Origin: a virus
Lineage: Duplodnaviria; Caudoviricetes
Reading direction: 5' to 3' (one strand)
Length of the DNA stretch: 64,000 nt
IMG/VR virus record: IMGVR_UViG_3300033416_000003
Coordinates: 3,668 to 67,667 of that record
The position numbers were made by a program, and so were the translations under genes. Positions 8,701 to 17,048 of this stretch are shown here, piece by piece. The first letter of the stretch is position 1. Every line of letters starts with the position of its first letter. Below the pieces are notes generated by a model that saw only the letters and a list, made by a program, of their open reading frames with translations, did no database searches and was not told where the DNA came from.

Positions 8701-8936
8701 TCGGATTCTCCTCTCTGATATGAAAGAAGGTAGGTGAGTTGGCGGTTCAATTCAACAACCTTGAGCTGTAGTCTGGTACATTCCTGATTTAGTAGCCTGA
8801 TTTCTTCCTGCTGGTCTCGGAACCAGAGCGGTTTCCCGACTATGACCCAGGGGCCTTCCGGATCGGGGACCATCAAGTGGCTCTCGTGGTCTAGCCGGTA
8901 GCGCGTTCCCTCTTGGACAACGACCTCATCTACCAA
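8697..8936 (-). CDS. hypothetical protein with C-terminal coiled coil
   Basis: Operon packing. Confidence 0.55.
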   Translation of the reverse strand: MVDEVVVQEGTRYRLDHESHLMVPDPEGPWVIVGKPLWFRDQQEEIRLLNQECTRLQLKVVELNRQLTYLLSYQRGESE

Positions 8937-9112
8937 TCTACCCTCCCCTGAGTTCCATACTGGTCGCGCTCCCAGGCTTCCAGCTCAAACCTGTTCTCAC
9001 GCCTACACCCTGCGCAGATCCCATCCCGCAGGTGCCCGGCGTAACGGTCGCACTGCTCGCAGCGTTGATCGTCGGGGTCCAGGTACTTGACAATGTCCAG
9101 CTCGTCGTTCAT
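8930..9112 (-). CDS. small CxxC/CxxC zinc-binding hypothetical protein
   Basis: CEQC...CAGC; ATGA overlap. Confidence 0.6.
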   Translation of the reverse strand: MNDELDIVKYLDPDDQRCEQCDRYAGHLRDGICAGCRRENRFELEAWERDQYGTQGRVDW

Positions 9113-9513
9113 GACCCTCCCTCACTTTCACAGCCATTCTCTGAAATAGCACTCATGCTGATCTTGTCACGTTCTTCGACGTGGCTCTCACCCAGGGCAC
9201 TGGCCATCTCAAGAAGTCGCTCGTCGCACTTTGGTACCTTCACTATCCCAATCATTATGCCTTGAGGAATAGGTGCGTCATCTTCCCCCTCTTGATGCTG
9301 CGGCAGAATGTCCAGCTCGTCGTTCATGGTCTTGCACCTCTCCGGGCACTCGTCGGCCCGGTCGTCGAGGTTGTGGGTGTGGAGTGCCCAGCCGTGGGAG
9401 TGGTAGCGCATGAACCTCATACACTTCTTGCATCTCTCCTCGCCATTTGGCCATCTGGTCATCCGATGCCCGCACGTGTGGCACCGACCGCAGAAGCGTC
9501 GTCGCTCGGTCAT
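9109..9513 (-). CDS. Cys-rich hypothetical protein, apparently chimeric
   Basis: CGRCHTCG...CKKC; contains an internal copy of the next gene's start (MNDELDI). Confidence 0.55.
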   Translation of the reverse strand: MTERRRFCGRCHTCGHRMTRWPNGEERCKKCMRFMRYHSHGWALHTHNLDDRADECPERCKTMNDELDILPQHQEGEDDAPIPQGIMIGIVKVPKCDERLLEMASALGESHVEERDKISMSAISENGCESEGGS

Positions 9514-9549
9514 GGCTGCCCCCCTCTGGTGCGTCCCAACTCGACGCGG

Positions 9550-9933
9550 TCATCCTCGCTCAACAGGCTCAGCTTGCTCATCTTGCTCCTCCACGACAAC
9601 CGCTTTCCTCGCCTCAACGATCGCCTCGGCAGCTCGTCTCCATGCCGCCTGCTCCTTCTCCGCCCTGTCCATAGCGACTCGCGCATCATGGAATTTGACA
9701 CCCTCCGCGTGCTTCCTCGCGTAGGCGTAGTCAAGGGCGTCGGTGATGGGCCGGAATTCGGACTCGGGCCAGGATAACGACGAACCGCTATCGTCTCCCC
9801 TCTGGACGTACTGGATACCGAACCGCTTCTTCTTTCGGTCACTCTCCGAGATGATTCTCACCAACGTGCCGGGTTCCCGACCGTCCATGCAGTGCATCGC
9901 GTAGTCGCCCACCTTCCAGCTCAGCTTGCTCAT
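9550..9933 (-). CDS. hypothetical protein
   Basis: SH3-like N-terminus plus coiled coil; GTGA/ATGA coupling. Confidence 0.6.
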   Translation of the reverse strand: MSKLSWKVGDYAMHCMDGREPGTLVRIISESDRKKKRFGIQYVQRGDDSGSSLSWPESEFRPITDALDYAYARKHAEGVKFHDARVAMDRAEKEQAAWRRAAEAIVEARKAVVVEEQDEQAEPVERG

Positions 9934-10412
9934 CCCAACCCCCTCTCACAGGTCACCGTCGCCCGGTTCTTGGACGGCGTCGTGTACAGCCTTACCGTCA
10001 CGCCTCCTGTCGACGCTACTCCGAGACGGCGGCACGCCGACACCAGAACGCTCATCTCGGCGTGCCAGTCGCGTCCTAGGCGCTCAAGCGCCTCGCGCGT
10101 CTTACGCACCCGCCCGTTTGGTTTGACCTCCAACAGTCCCCACTCGGTCGGTATCTCTGACGCGTCAATCATCCCTGCCGGCGCCATGTAGTACCGCTTC
10201 CACCCCATGCCGAGCGCTCGGTGCTTCCTGACCTCGGCGAGGAAGTCCGAGCGGCTAGCCTTGCACTCGATGAGCATGGTGAAGTACCCGTGGTGCCAGC
10301 CGATGGCGTCGGCCTCCTCTCCCTGACCGTGAGCCATCTCGGTCACGACCACAGGGCACCCGCGCGCGGAAAGCCACTTGCGAGCGACCTCCACGAGGTC
10401 CGCGTGCGTCAC
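9930..10412 (-). CDS. MmcB-like / PD-(D/E)xK nuclease-fold protein
   Basis: ADAIGW, LIECKASRSDFLAE, RYYMAP, EWGLLEV motifs; GTG start overlaps the upstream TGA. Confidence 0.7.
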   Translation of the reverse strand: MTHADLVEVARKWLSARGCPVVVTEMAHGQGEEADAIGWHHGYFTMLIECKASRSDFLAEVRKHRALGMGWKRYYMAPAGMIDASEIPTEWGLLEVKPNGRVRKTREALERLGRDWHAEMSVLVSACRRLGVASTGGVTVRLYTTPSKNRATVTCERGLG

Positions 10413-10963
10413 GACCCACCCCCGATCGGAATCCAGCCATCGCCTTTGATGGACCTGAAGACCTCGTGGCCCTGGCTGTCGTAGCACGCGAACCAGGGCC
10501 GCGTCTTGTGCCCGTCGTAGGTGTAGCGCGATTCGGCCTCGACGCACCAGACGATGTCGCTGTAGGTGGTACTGACCCCGTCGCGCTCAGGATCGGATAA
10601 GCGGTCGAGGTAGTACAGGCTTGGGCACCCCCCGCAGTGCGCCTCTACTACCTTGCGGATGTCGGTCTTGCACCAAGTTCCGTCACTATCCGGCCACGCT
10701 GCTTCGGCCATCCAGTAGAGATATTTGCTGTCGGAAAAGGTGATAGCCACCTTGGACGCCCAGTCGTCGCAGCGGGTCAGCTCTTCGGTTGGCGCTGGGG
10801 TCGGGGTCGGGGTCGGTTCGGGGACCACCCAAATTCTCCGGTAGCCCCAGGTTGGCGTCGGAGTCGGAGTTGGGCACCAATTGACGCCTTCGTACACGAC
10901 CCCGGCCGTGGGGGTCGGCGTCGGCTCGACGCACAGCAGAGCAGCGAGAAAAATCAGAACCAT
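10409..10963 (-). CDS. secreted or membrane protein with Pro-Thr repeats
   Basis: Hydrophobic N-terminus VLIFLAALLC, three PTPTPT tracts, Cys pairs. Confidence 0.65.
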   Translation of the reverse strand: MVLIFLAALLCVEPTPTPTAGVVYEGVNWCPTPTPTPTWGYRRIWVVPEPTPTPTPAPTEELTRCDDWASKVAITFSDSKYLYWMAEAAWPDSDGTWCKTDIRKVVEAHCGGCPSLYYLDRLSDPERDGVSTTYSDIVWCVEAESRYTYDGHKTRPWFACYDSQGHEVFRSIKGDGWIPIGGGS

Positions 10964-10966
10964 GTT

Positions 10967-11104
10967 TCACCTCAACCACGTCCAGTGTCGTCTAAGCGCG
11001 CGTCTGATACTCCAGTCCTCGATCCATCGCCAGATACAGGCTCCGGCGAGTCCGAGTAGACAGAGTGTAGCTCCCCACGCCAGGGCAGTCAAGAAGAAAC
11101 TCAT
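10967..11104 (-). CDS. small membrane protein (45 aa, missing from ORF track)
   Basis: MSFFLTALAWGATLCLLGLAGACIWRW...; fills the gap between neighbouring genes. Confidence 0.55.
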   Translation of the reverse strand: MSFFLTALAWGATLCLLGLAGACIWRWIEDWSIRRALRRHWTWLR

Positions 11105-11106
11105 AG

Positions 11107-11745
11107 TTACCTCTCAGTCAGTACGCTTAGCTTGGGGGTTGCTCGGTACATCCCCAGTGAATTCCTGCGCATCCATCGCTGCTGCTTCTCGCTCAGGGGC
11201 GTGAAGTCCGCGCATCCAACGAGCGCGATGAGTCGCTTGAAATCAGCATCGTACTTGGTGGACACGTAGGGTGAAGAGAAGCAGATGAACAGTGAGGATG
11301 GTAGTTCTTTTTTTGCTTCGGGTAGTCGTCTCTCGGCATCGGGAAGGTCACCCAGGTTATAGGCGTCAACTCCGTTGTCCTCGGCCCATGAAACCCAGTT
11401 TCCGCATTCAATCCCCCCATTTTTACTAACATCAGAGTAATTATCATAATGGCTATCTACGTTGTAGACGGTATCACCAGGTTTAAGGAATGCCGTAATC
11501 TCTGCATGGCAGTCTCTGACGATGGTCTCATCCCATGAGAGGGCCGTTAGAATTCTAGTGGCCGAACGAATAGCGCTCGCAAACTCCTTCTTCTTTCTGG
11601 TAGTACCAACTGGCCTAGTTGAGCATTCATCATCGCAGTCTCTACATCTCCATGCGCATCCACGCGTTTTGTCGTCCTCGTAATCGTATCCGCAATACCT
11701 ACAATCTCCGGTTACCGCGTCCCAGTCCAGAGATAGCCAGATCAT
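11107..11745 (-). CDS. UPF0489/arginase-deacetylase-like putative metallohydrolase
   Basis: LSLDWD, CHAEI, NVDSHYD, ECGNWV and FICFSSPYV motifs. Confidence 0.55.
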   Translation of the reverse strand: MIWLSLDWDAVTGDCRYCGYDYEDDKTRGCAWRCRDCDDECSTRPVGTTRKKKEFASAIRSATRILTALSWDETIVRDCHAEITAFLKPGDTVYNVDSHYDNYSDVSKNGGIECGNWVSWAEDNGVDAYNLGDLPDAERRLPEAKKELPSSLFICFSSPYVSTKYDADFKRLIALVGCADFTPLSEKQQRWMRRNSLGMYRATPKLSVLTER

Positions 11746-11933
11746 TGCTCCTCCAAGTCATAGACTGTTGGGGCTCGTTTGATTCTCAGCTCGTTCACTC
11801 CCGGCCTCGCCCTGTATCCAAGCTCAGCCAATGAGTTCACTCTCCCGGACTTCACGAAGCTTATCAGACGCTGCAGAGTATCATCTCTACCTTCGTACTC
11901 AGTGATGCGCCGGATAATTTCGTCGGGGCTCAT
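11742..11933 (-). CDS. hypothetical protein
   Basis: Coupled overlaps. Confidence 0.55.
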   Translation of the reverse strand: MSPDEIIRRITEYEGRDDTLQRLISFVKSGRVNSLAELGYRARPGVNELRIKRAPTVYDLEEQ

Positions 11934-12142
11934 CAGCGTCTTCCGTCAGCCTCGGCGAGCCGTTCGCGCTCAGCCTGTGCGAGAGCATCGCGGCAAGAGC
12001 GCCAGCATAGATCATACTCTGCTCCTGGCGGTCCCAAGTTCGGCCACGGGCAATCACCGCGACCCCTGCGGAGGCACGATGAGCATTCGTGAAATCCGTC
12101 CATCTCGCGTTCGTAGCGCTCGCGTAGTGCGGTTAGGTCCAT
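11933..12142 (-). CDS. Cys-containing hypothetical protein
   Basis: acaggag RBS upstream. Confidence 0.55.
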   Translation of the reverse strand: MDLTALRERYEREMDGFHECSSCLRRGRGDCPWPNLGPPGAEYDLCWRSCRDALAQAERERLAEADGRR

Positions 12143-12718
12143 GGGTTAATCTCCTGTCACTTAACGGCAGGGCTCCGCGTCCATGACGGCACATGGACGG
12201 GAGCTGCGGTTGGTGGGCGAATATGTGGGTGTGGAAAGGTGCTCTTTTGGAGGTTGGTAGGAGTTCCCTGGCACCGAGGCTCTCTGAGCCGTGGCCCTCG
12301 GGTCGGGAAGTGTCTGGAGATGCGGAAACGCAACAAGGCGTTCCCTGGGGCGGTGAACACAAGGCATCTCCCCTCTCCAGTCGCGTCATAACCCCAGTCC
12401 GAGTTCCCTGTGCATGGAACGTGTCGGACGGGGAGTGAGTAAGGTGGGGGCTGGCCGGTATTGTACTGCCGGATTGCTCAACAGAGCCGCAGCCCCCAGG
12501 ACAAAAATGCCGGTAGCTCCCGGCTGTCACACCACTCATCGCCCTCGAGATGCGATACAGGCAGGTGTCGCCATGTTTGGATGTCATAACGCGGGGGGCG
12601 TGGACCCCCGCTACCGCACAACCAGTTTTTGAGAGGGTCGAGATCGGACAGGAGGGACCAATTTCTCCCGGCCGATGTTGTTTGTAATCGCAGCCACGCT
12701 CTGCGGGGGTTAGCATGA

Positions 12719-12958
12719 TTACTCCAGAAGTGTAGCAAGATCAACGATGTAGTCAAGCACCGCATAAAGTCCGTAAGGATGACCCTCTTCCCACGCGATT
12801 TCCCAGAGCTTATCGGCCTTGGGATGATTGGTTAGTCCAAGGATCTCAAATGCTTCTTCCCTAAACTTTTTACCGTACCTATCGTAGTTTTGATTACTGA
12901 AGGCTCCATAGTGGACCATTCCACGGACTTCATCGATTTTAGCTTCAGATAGCTCCAT
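12719..12958 (-). CDS. hypothetical phage protein
   Basis: KADKLWEIAWEEGHPYG motif, recurrent in small phage proteins. Confidence 0.65.
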   Translation of the reverse strand: MELSEAKIDEVRGMVHYGAFSNQNYDRYGKKFREEAFEILGLTNHPKADKLWEIAWEEGHPYGLYAVLDYIVDLATLLE

Positions 12959-13397
12959 GTTCCCTCCTCAGTCTCTCAACAAGCGTAACGCACATCTCAC
13001 GCGCCCGCGCCAGCTCACTGGGATCGTTAGCAATCACTCCGATGTCAATGAAGTCAAGTACTTCGTTTGCGTGGTAGTCTAGCGGAGCCTCGTCAATTGA
13101 CACCCATCCGTTTTCGTTCTGGTGGGATGCCCTCGCTGTATTGAGGAGCTTGGCCTGAGAGCAGAGAGCAATCCACTCTTCTCGGGTCGTGCGGTTCTTT
13201 TGCCGCAGCAGGTCTATGTACTCCTCAAGCTCTTTGATACGAGCGAGATCGGAGCACCAGGAGCAATGAAACACTCCCTCTTTGTACGAGGTACAGATTA
13301 GTGGGTGATTGCAGTCTTTGGCGGGATTGCACTTAGAACACGAATCTTCCCCCAGGTTTACTTGACCACATTTCCGACAAATCCAAGGGTCGTTCAT
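12945..13397 (-). CDS. hypothetical protein with zinc ribbons and coiled coil
   Basis: WICRKCG...CSKC, CSWC. Confidence 0.6.
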   Translation of the reverse strand: MNDPWICRKCGQVNLGEDSCSKCNPAKDCNHPLICTSYKEGVFHCSWCSDLARIKELEEYIDLLRQKNRTTREEWIALCSQAKLLNTARASHQNENGWVSIDEAPLDYHANEVLDFIDIGVIANDPSELARAREMCVTLVERLRREHGAI

Positions 13398-13411
13398 GTA
13401 TTTACCCTCTG

Positions 13412-13645
13412 CTATCCAGCGTTGAATGACGCGAGGATTATTCCAGGTTCTGTACCTGCGGTGGCCTTCCCGATAAGATTAACTGTCACCTTACTTGGAC
13501 TAGAGCACCAAGTTGAATATCTAGTATTCCAATCACCATCAGGAGTTATGTTCCGTGCTTCATCCTCATCTTTAGCTGCTACTACAGCTGTGTCATAGGT
13601 GTCGTATCCATTGTTCTCGGTCTGAGAGATCAGGTACAGGTTCAT
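13412..13645 (-). CDS. conserved small phage protein
   Basis: YDTYDTAVVAAKDEDEAR...IILASFNAG, a recurrent phage family. Confidence 0.75.
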   Translation of the reverse strand: MNLYLISQTENNGYDTYDTAVVAAKDEDEARNITPDGDWNTRYSTWCSSPSKVTVNLIGKATAGTEPGIILASFNAG

Positions 13646-13836
13646 CGCTTCCTCCTCGGCCACAGCTCATCCGTTCCGCATCTGAGTGCCTCGGCCACGT
13701 CCCTAGCTACGTCAATGGTGGGGCGACTGCTCCCAGCCTCCAGGACGCTGACGTACCGAGATGAGATCCCAGCGGCTTCCGCAAGATCCTCTTGGGTCAT
13801 CCCGAGTGATTTGCGCCTGACTGCGATGGGGCTCAT
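13642..13836 (-). CDS. XRE/Cro-family helix-turn-helix regulator
   Basis: RRKSLGMTQEDLAEAAGISSRYVSVLEAGSSRPTIDVARDVAEAL. Confidence 0.9.
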   Translation of the reverse strand: MSPIAVRRKSLGMTQEDLAEAAGISSRYVSVLEAGSSRPTIDVARDVAEALRCGTDELWPRRKR

Positions 13837-13842
13837 ACGAGC

Positions 13843-13871
13843 ATTGTCGGTCATGTCTGCCATGTTGTCAA
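13843..13871 (-). promoter_or_regulatory. sigma70-like promoter for the HTH gene
   Basis: TTGACA (13871-13866), 17 bp spacer, GACAAT (13848-13843). Confidence 0.55.
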
Positions 13872-13911
13872 CCCCTGTGGAACTGGCTTGACACTGGATT
13901 CAGATTGGATC

Positions 13912-14490
13912 TCACAGGTGAGACCCGTGGTCCCAACTCGGGTCTGCACTCGGGTCGGCTCCTGATTTGACAGGCTCGCGGAAGCAGCCGTTGGCGGCTG
14001 CTAGGGTTTCGCAGATACCGGCTATGACATACATGATATTGGATCGGCTTACCTGGCGACTATTGTCAGCCCCGGTGAATGGTGCGTACTTCACTGCGAA
14101 TTGGACTGGAGCCACCTTACATAGCGCCATCGCCAAGCACTTGAGTTCCTCGCCCCAGGTCAGCTCACCGTGGTTTGGCTCTGCCAAGAACTCACCGGCT
14201 ACGCGCTCTAGTTCCAATACGATGTCGTCGCACACATCCTTCGGTATCTTGGACTCCACCTCTTCCCAAACCGTCTTGAATAGACCGGCTTCGATCCACT
14301 TCCCTACGGTGGGTTCTCCCACCTGCCACCCGCGCGCCTCGCACGCGGCACGCAGTGCCTCGTCCGTTGCGGCGTTCAGAACGCCCTGCGCTAGGTCGTT
14401 CAGGTCTTCGTAGTCTTTCACGATATCATTTAGCGTTCTTGCCAACTTTCCCTCCAGTAACTCTGTAACGATTCCCTTCAGTACACTCAT
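13912..14490 (-). CDS. hypothetical protein
   Basis: gaaggga RBS before MSVLKG. Confidence 0.6.
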   Translation of the reverse strand: MSVLKGIVTELLEGKLARTLNDIVKDYEDLNDLAQGVLNAATDEALRAACEARGWQVGEPTVGKWIEAGLFKTVWEEVESKIPKDVCDDIVLELERVAGEFLAEPNHGELTWGEELKCLAMALCKVAPVQFAVKYAPFTGADNSRQVSRSNIMYVIAGICETLAAANGCFREPVKSGADPSADPSWDHGSHL

Positions 14491-14758
14491 TGTTGTTCCC
14501 TTCTGCGGCATGAGCCGCGGTTCTGTTTTGTCTCTTCTGCCATCTTCTGCGTTGTCTCTTGCGCTCGCCCTTGATGCGAGGCAGAAACATGCAGTCCCAA
14601 CCGTACTCGACGCCGCGCATCAGCTCTGACATCGTGCGATAGCGGTCACCGTTCACGTCACCTCCACGCCAGCTCCTTGCGCGCCCATAGATCATCTGGG
14701 ATTCGACCCTGTTGCCCAGTCTTCGGGCTCCACAGCTTGTCGAGGTACGGGATCGCGG

Positions 14759-15172
14759 TCATGGCTTGGGCTCCGTTTCCTCCAGCAATCTACGAGCGCG
14801 CCTCCTGGTGTCGCTGAATGCTTCTGGATGTTCCTTACACAGTGGGTCACTCTCTACTATGGCCCGAAGGTCGATGATTAGCGCCTCCAGCTCCGCGATC
14901 CGCGCGTCCTTCTCGGCGAGCTGCTCCTTGAGGCGGTCGCATTCGGCGGCGAGCGCGCGCACACCATCGGTAGTGCAACTGTCGCCAACCGTCAGGAGAT
15001 AGCTGTAGCGTCCACCGTATTGGAATAACTCAGACGCTACATCAACAGCTTCGGAGTAGAGCCGCTCCCACTTAGACCACGGGCGGCCACACTTCGGGCA
15101 TGAATGTAGGCCAACAACTCCATCGAAATCTCGTGTTTGCATCAGAACCCTCCTTCGTACCGCCTCGGCCAC
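14759..15172 (-). CDS. hypothetical protein with coiled coil
   Basis: CPKCG motif and a heptad repeat. Confidence 0.55.
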   Translation of the reverse strand: MAEAVRRRVLMQTRDFDGVVGLHSCPKCGRPWSKWERLYSEAVDVASELFQYGGRYSYLLTVGDSCTTDGVRALAAECDRLKEQLAEKDARIAELEALIIDLRAIVESDPLCKEHPEAFSDTRRRARRLLEETEPKP

Positions 15173-15393
15173 ACCTTACGGAACAGCCGCACCGGCAGCA
15201 GGAGCCAGTACCGCGGGGGCGAGACACGCGCCCCGCAGATGCAGACCCCGCCCTCCATCTCGTGCGTCCCTGGACCGAGGAGAAGATCATCGAACTCGGG
15301 GCACCAGTGCCAGCCCTGAGAGACCTCCCCAGCGGTGAGCTTGCCGGTCTCCATCGCTTCGTCGTAGCGGGCTGAGGTCATCGTGTCCCCCAA
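15142..15393 (-). CDS. hypothetical protein
   Basis: GWHWCPEFDDLL...CIC. Confidence 0.5.
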   Translation of the reverse strand: MGDTMTSARYDEAMETGKLTAGEVSQGWHWCPEFDDLLLGPGTHEMEGGVCICGARVSPPRYWLLLPVRLFRKVWPRRYEGGF

Positions 15394-15448
15394 GCACGGA
15401 AGAACTCAGAAACGACGATGCCGCAGAGCAGCAGCCACTTCACCCACT

Positions 15449-15640
15449 TCATTGCCCCTCCTTGCAAGCTCTCAGCGCCGCCTCCAAGTCGCTGATTGAG
15501 ACCTTGTATACTGTGTCGCCAACCCGTAGGTTGACCATCCGGGACGAAGTCCATTCGGAGCAGACCTCAATGGATGACCCGAGCTTTGCCTCATGGTCAT
15601 CCACCGCGTACAGTGTGATCCGACAAACAACCTCATTCAT
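15449..15640 (-). CDS. hypothetical protein (cassette in junction-repeat array)
   Basis: Starts at the ATG of the junction repeat. Confidence 0.6.
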   Translation of the reverse strand: MNEVVCRITLYAVDDHEAKLGSSIEVCSEWTSSRMVNLRVGDTVYKVSISDLEAALRACKEGQ

Positions 15641-15978
15641 CGCGTCACCCCCGACCACGAAGCGTCTCCGGACTCGACTTTCTCGTTGTAGCGTTCGTTG
15701 ATTGCCGCGAATACCGCTTCCCAGGCGGGACCATGCTGGGCCTTCAGCCCCGCCACAACGTGCGCCAGCTCGTGGCCCAGTACCTCAACGGCGCCACACA
15801 ACGGAGTTGCAACGTCAATCTGAATCACGGGCACCGATCCAGTCTCCAGGTCAGTAGCTCCCCAGCATTCTTCCTCAGAGTGAAGACCGTAGACGAACAC
15901 CACCTCAACGGAAGTCGTTGGGTAAAGCTCTTCAAACACACGAACTACGAGTGCCAGGGGGTCTTCAAACGAGATCAT
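15637..15978 (-). CDS. SprT-like HExxH zinc metallopeptidase domain protein
   Basis: VLGHELAHVVAG...HGPAWEAVF. Confidence 0.75.
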   Translation of the reverse strand: MISFEDPLALVVRVFEELYPTTSVEVVFVYGLHSEEECWGATDLETGSVPVIQIDVATPLCGAVEVLGHELAHVVAGLKAQHGPAWEAVFAAINERYNEKVESGDASWSGVTR

Positions 15979-16247
15979 GGCTCATCCCATCCCACGACCC
16001 TGATCCGGGTCTGGTAGGTGACGTCGTTCTCGCCAGTGGCGCGCGCAGCCTTGTCTGTCGGCACCGGCTCCAGTTCGTCGGGATCGATCTCCTCGATCAT
16101 GATCCGGCTTTCCCAGCCTGGGTCCTCCACGGCTCGTTGTAAAGCCACTTGAGCGGCGCGTTCAAGGTCGTAGTCCGGCTCTCCGTCCAGGGAGTAGATC
16201 ATCGCTGAGATCGAAACGCGATGCAGCCTGAGTGTTGGTGTGGTCAT
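15975..16247 (-). CDS. hypothetical protein (cassette)
   Basis: Starts at the junction-repeat ATG (MTTPTLR). Confidence 0.6.
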   Translation of the reverse strand: MTTPTLRLHRVSISAMIYSLDGEPDYDLERAAQVALQRAVEDPGWESRIMIEEIDPDELEPVPTDKAARATGENDVTYQTRIRVVGWDEP

Positions 16248-16251
16248 CGCG

Positions 16252-16665
16252 TCACCTCCGACCACGCTCAGGATCTTCGGTCTCCGGGACGATGCCAAAC
16301 GATAGCAACTCCTGCCGGCATCTTTCCGCCGTACGAAGAGACCTGGCGTATAGCTTCTCAAGTTCTTGCTTATATGCCTCCAATCGTAGAGCCTTGCGCT
16401 TTTCTTCACGCTCCCTTTCTCGATCCAGTTCTTCACGCGCCGACACCCACCCGGCTGGATGAGACCAGCTGCCGCCAACACAAGATTCGCAGGAGCCGGT
16501 CCACCAAAACCTATCTATCGTGTGCAAGCAGGCCGCGCAGTTTCGTACTCCGGACTCTTCTTTTGATACAGTTCTCTCCAGCCTTTCTAGGCGGGTAAGT
16601 ACACGCTCTGGAGGGTATTCCATAGCCCAAGTGTCACCACAATCCCCGCAATGCAAATTGACCAT
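16252..16665 (-). CDS. zinc-binding hypothetical protein (cassette)
   Basis: CGDC, CAAC, CESC; stop codon lies within the repeat. Confidence 0.6.
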   Translation of the reverse strand: MVNLHCGDCGDTWAMEYPPERVLTRLERLERTVSKEESGVRNCAACLHTIDRFWWTGSCESCVGGSWSHPAGWVSAREELDREREREEKRKALRLEAYKQELEKLYARSLRTAERCRQELLSFGIVPETEDPERGRR

Positions 16666-16666
16666 G

Positions 16667-16864
16667 TCACTGCACCCCCGACCACGCCGAAGCGTCTCCG
16701 GACGCGGCTCGTCGGGCCTCCCGGAATCGCCTCAGACGGTCGATGCTGTCGCGCGCCTCCTTGGCTACTCGTGCTCGGTACTCAGCGAGCTTCCTGCTGG
16801 CGCCGGAGCAGTCGATCAGCACTTGGCTCAACCATTCTCCGCGCTGACTCACGGTTGCACCCAC
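16667..16864 (-). CDS. hypothetical protein (cassette)
   Basis: Ends SGDASAWSGVQ, encoded by the repeat. Confidence 0.5.
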   Translation of the reverse strand: MGATVSQRGEWLSQVLIDCSGASRKLAEYRARVAKEARDSIDRLRRFREARRAASGDASAWSGVQ

Positions 16865-16865
16865 G

Positions 16866-17048
16866 TCACCCCCATCGATCCGAGAACCACGCATACTTGA
16901 CGTTGATCCATAGCCCGGATAGCCCCTCTGCGACTCCGAGCCAGGCTCCGACAATGATGGCCGCTGGCAGCTCGATCAGTAACGCTGCCAGAACGATCAA
17001 GGGGCGCCTCACCCATGGGCTGGGATGGTAGAGTACTGTGAATCTCAT
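16866..17048 (-). CDS. small membrane protein (cassette)
   Basis: Hydrophobic LIVLAALLIELPAAIIVGAWLG segment. Confidence 0.6.
   Translation of the reverse strand: MRFTVLYHPSPWVRRPLIVLAALLIELPAAIIVGAWLGVAEGLSGLWINVKYAWFSDRWG

Noticed and set aside
9510-9842. 110-aa ORF beginning MTERR like its neighbour
   Set aside because: Out-of-frame shadow inside the 9550-9933 gene.
12054-12716. 220-aa ORF as a confident CDS
   Set aside because: Only its start is well placed. The rest is low-information, overlaps the next gene by 89 nt and coincides with dense hairpins, so it is left uncalled.
13888-13916. Plus-strand TTGACA as a divergent promoter (lysis-lysogeny switch)
   Set aside because: No acceptable -10 at 16-18 bp and no plus-strand repressor gene downstream.
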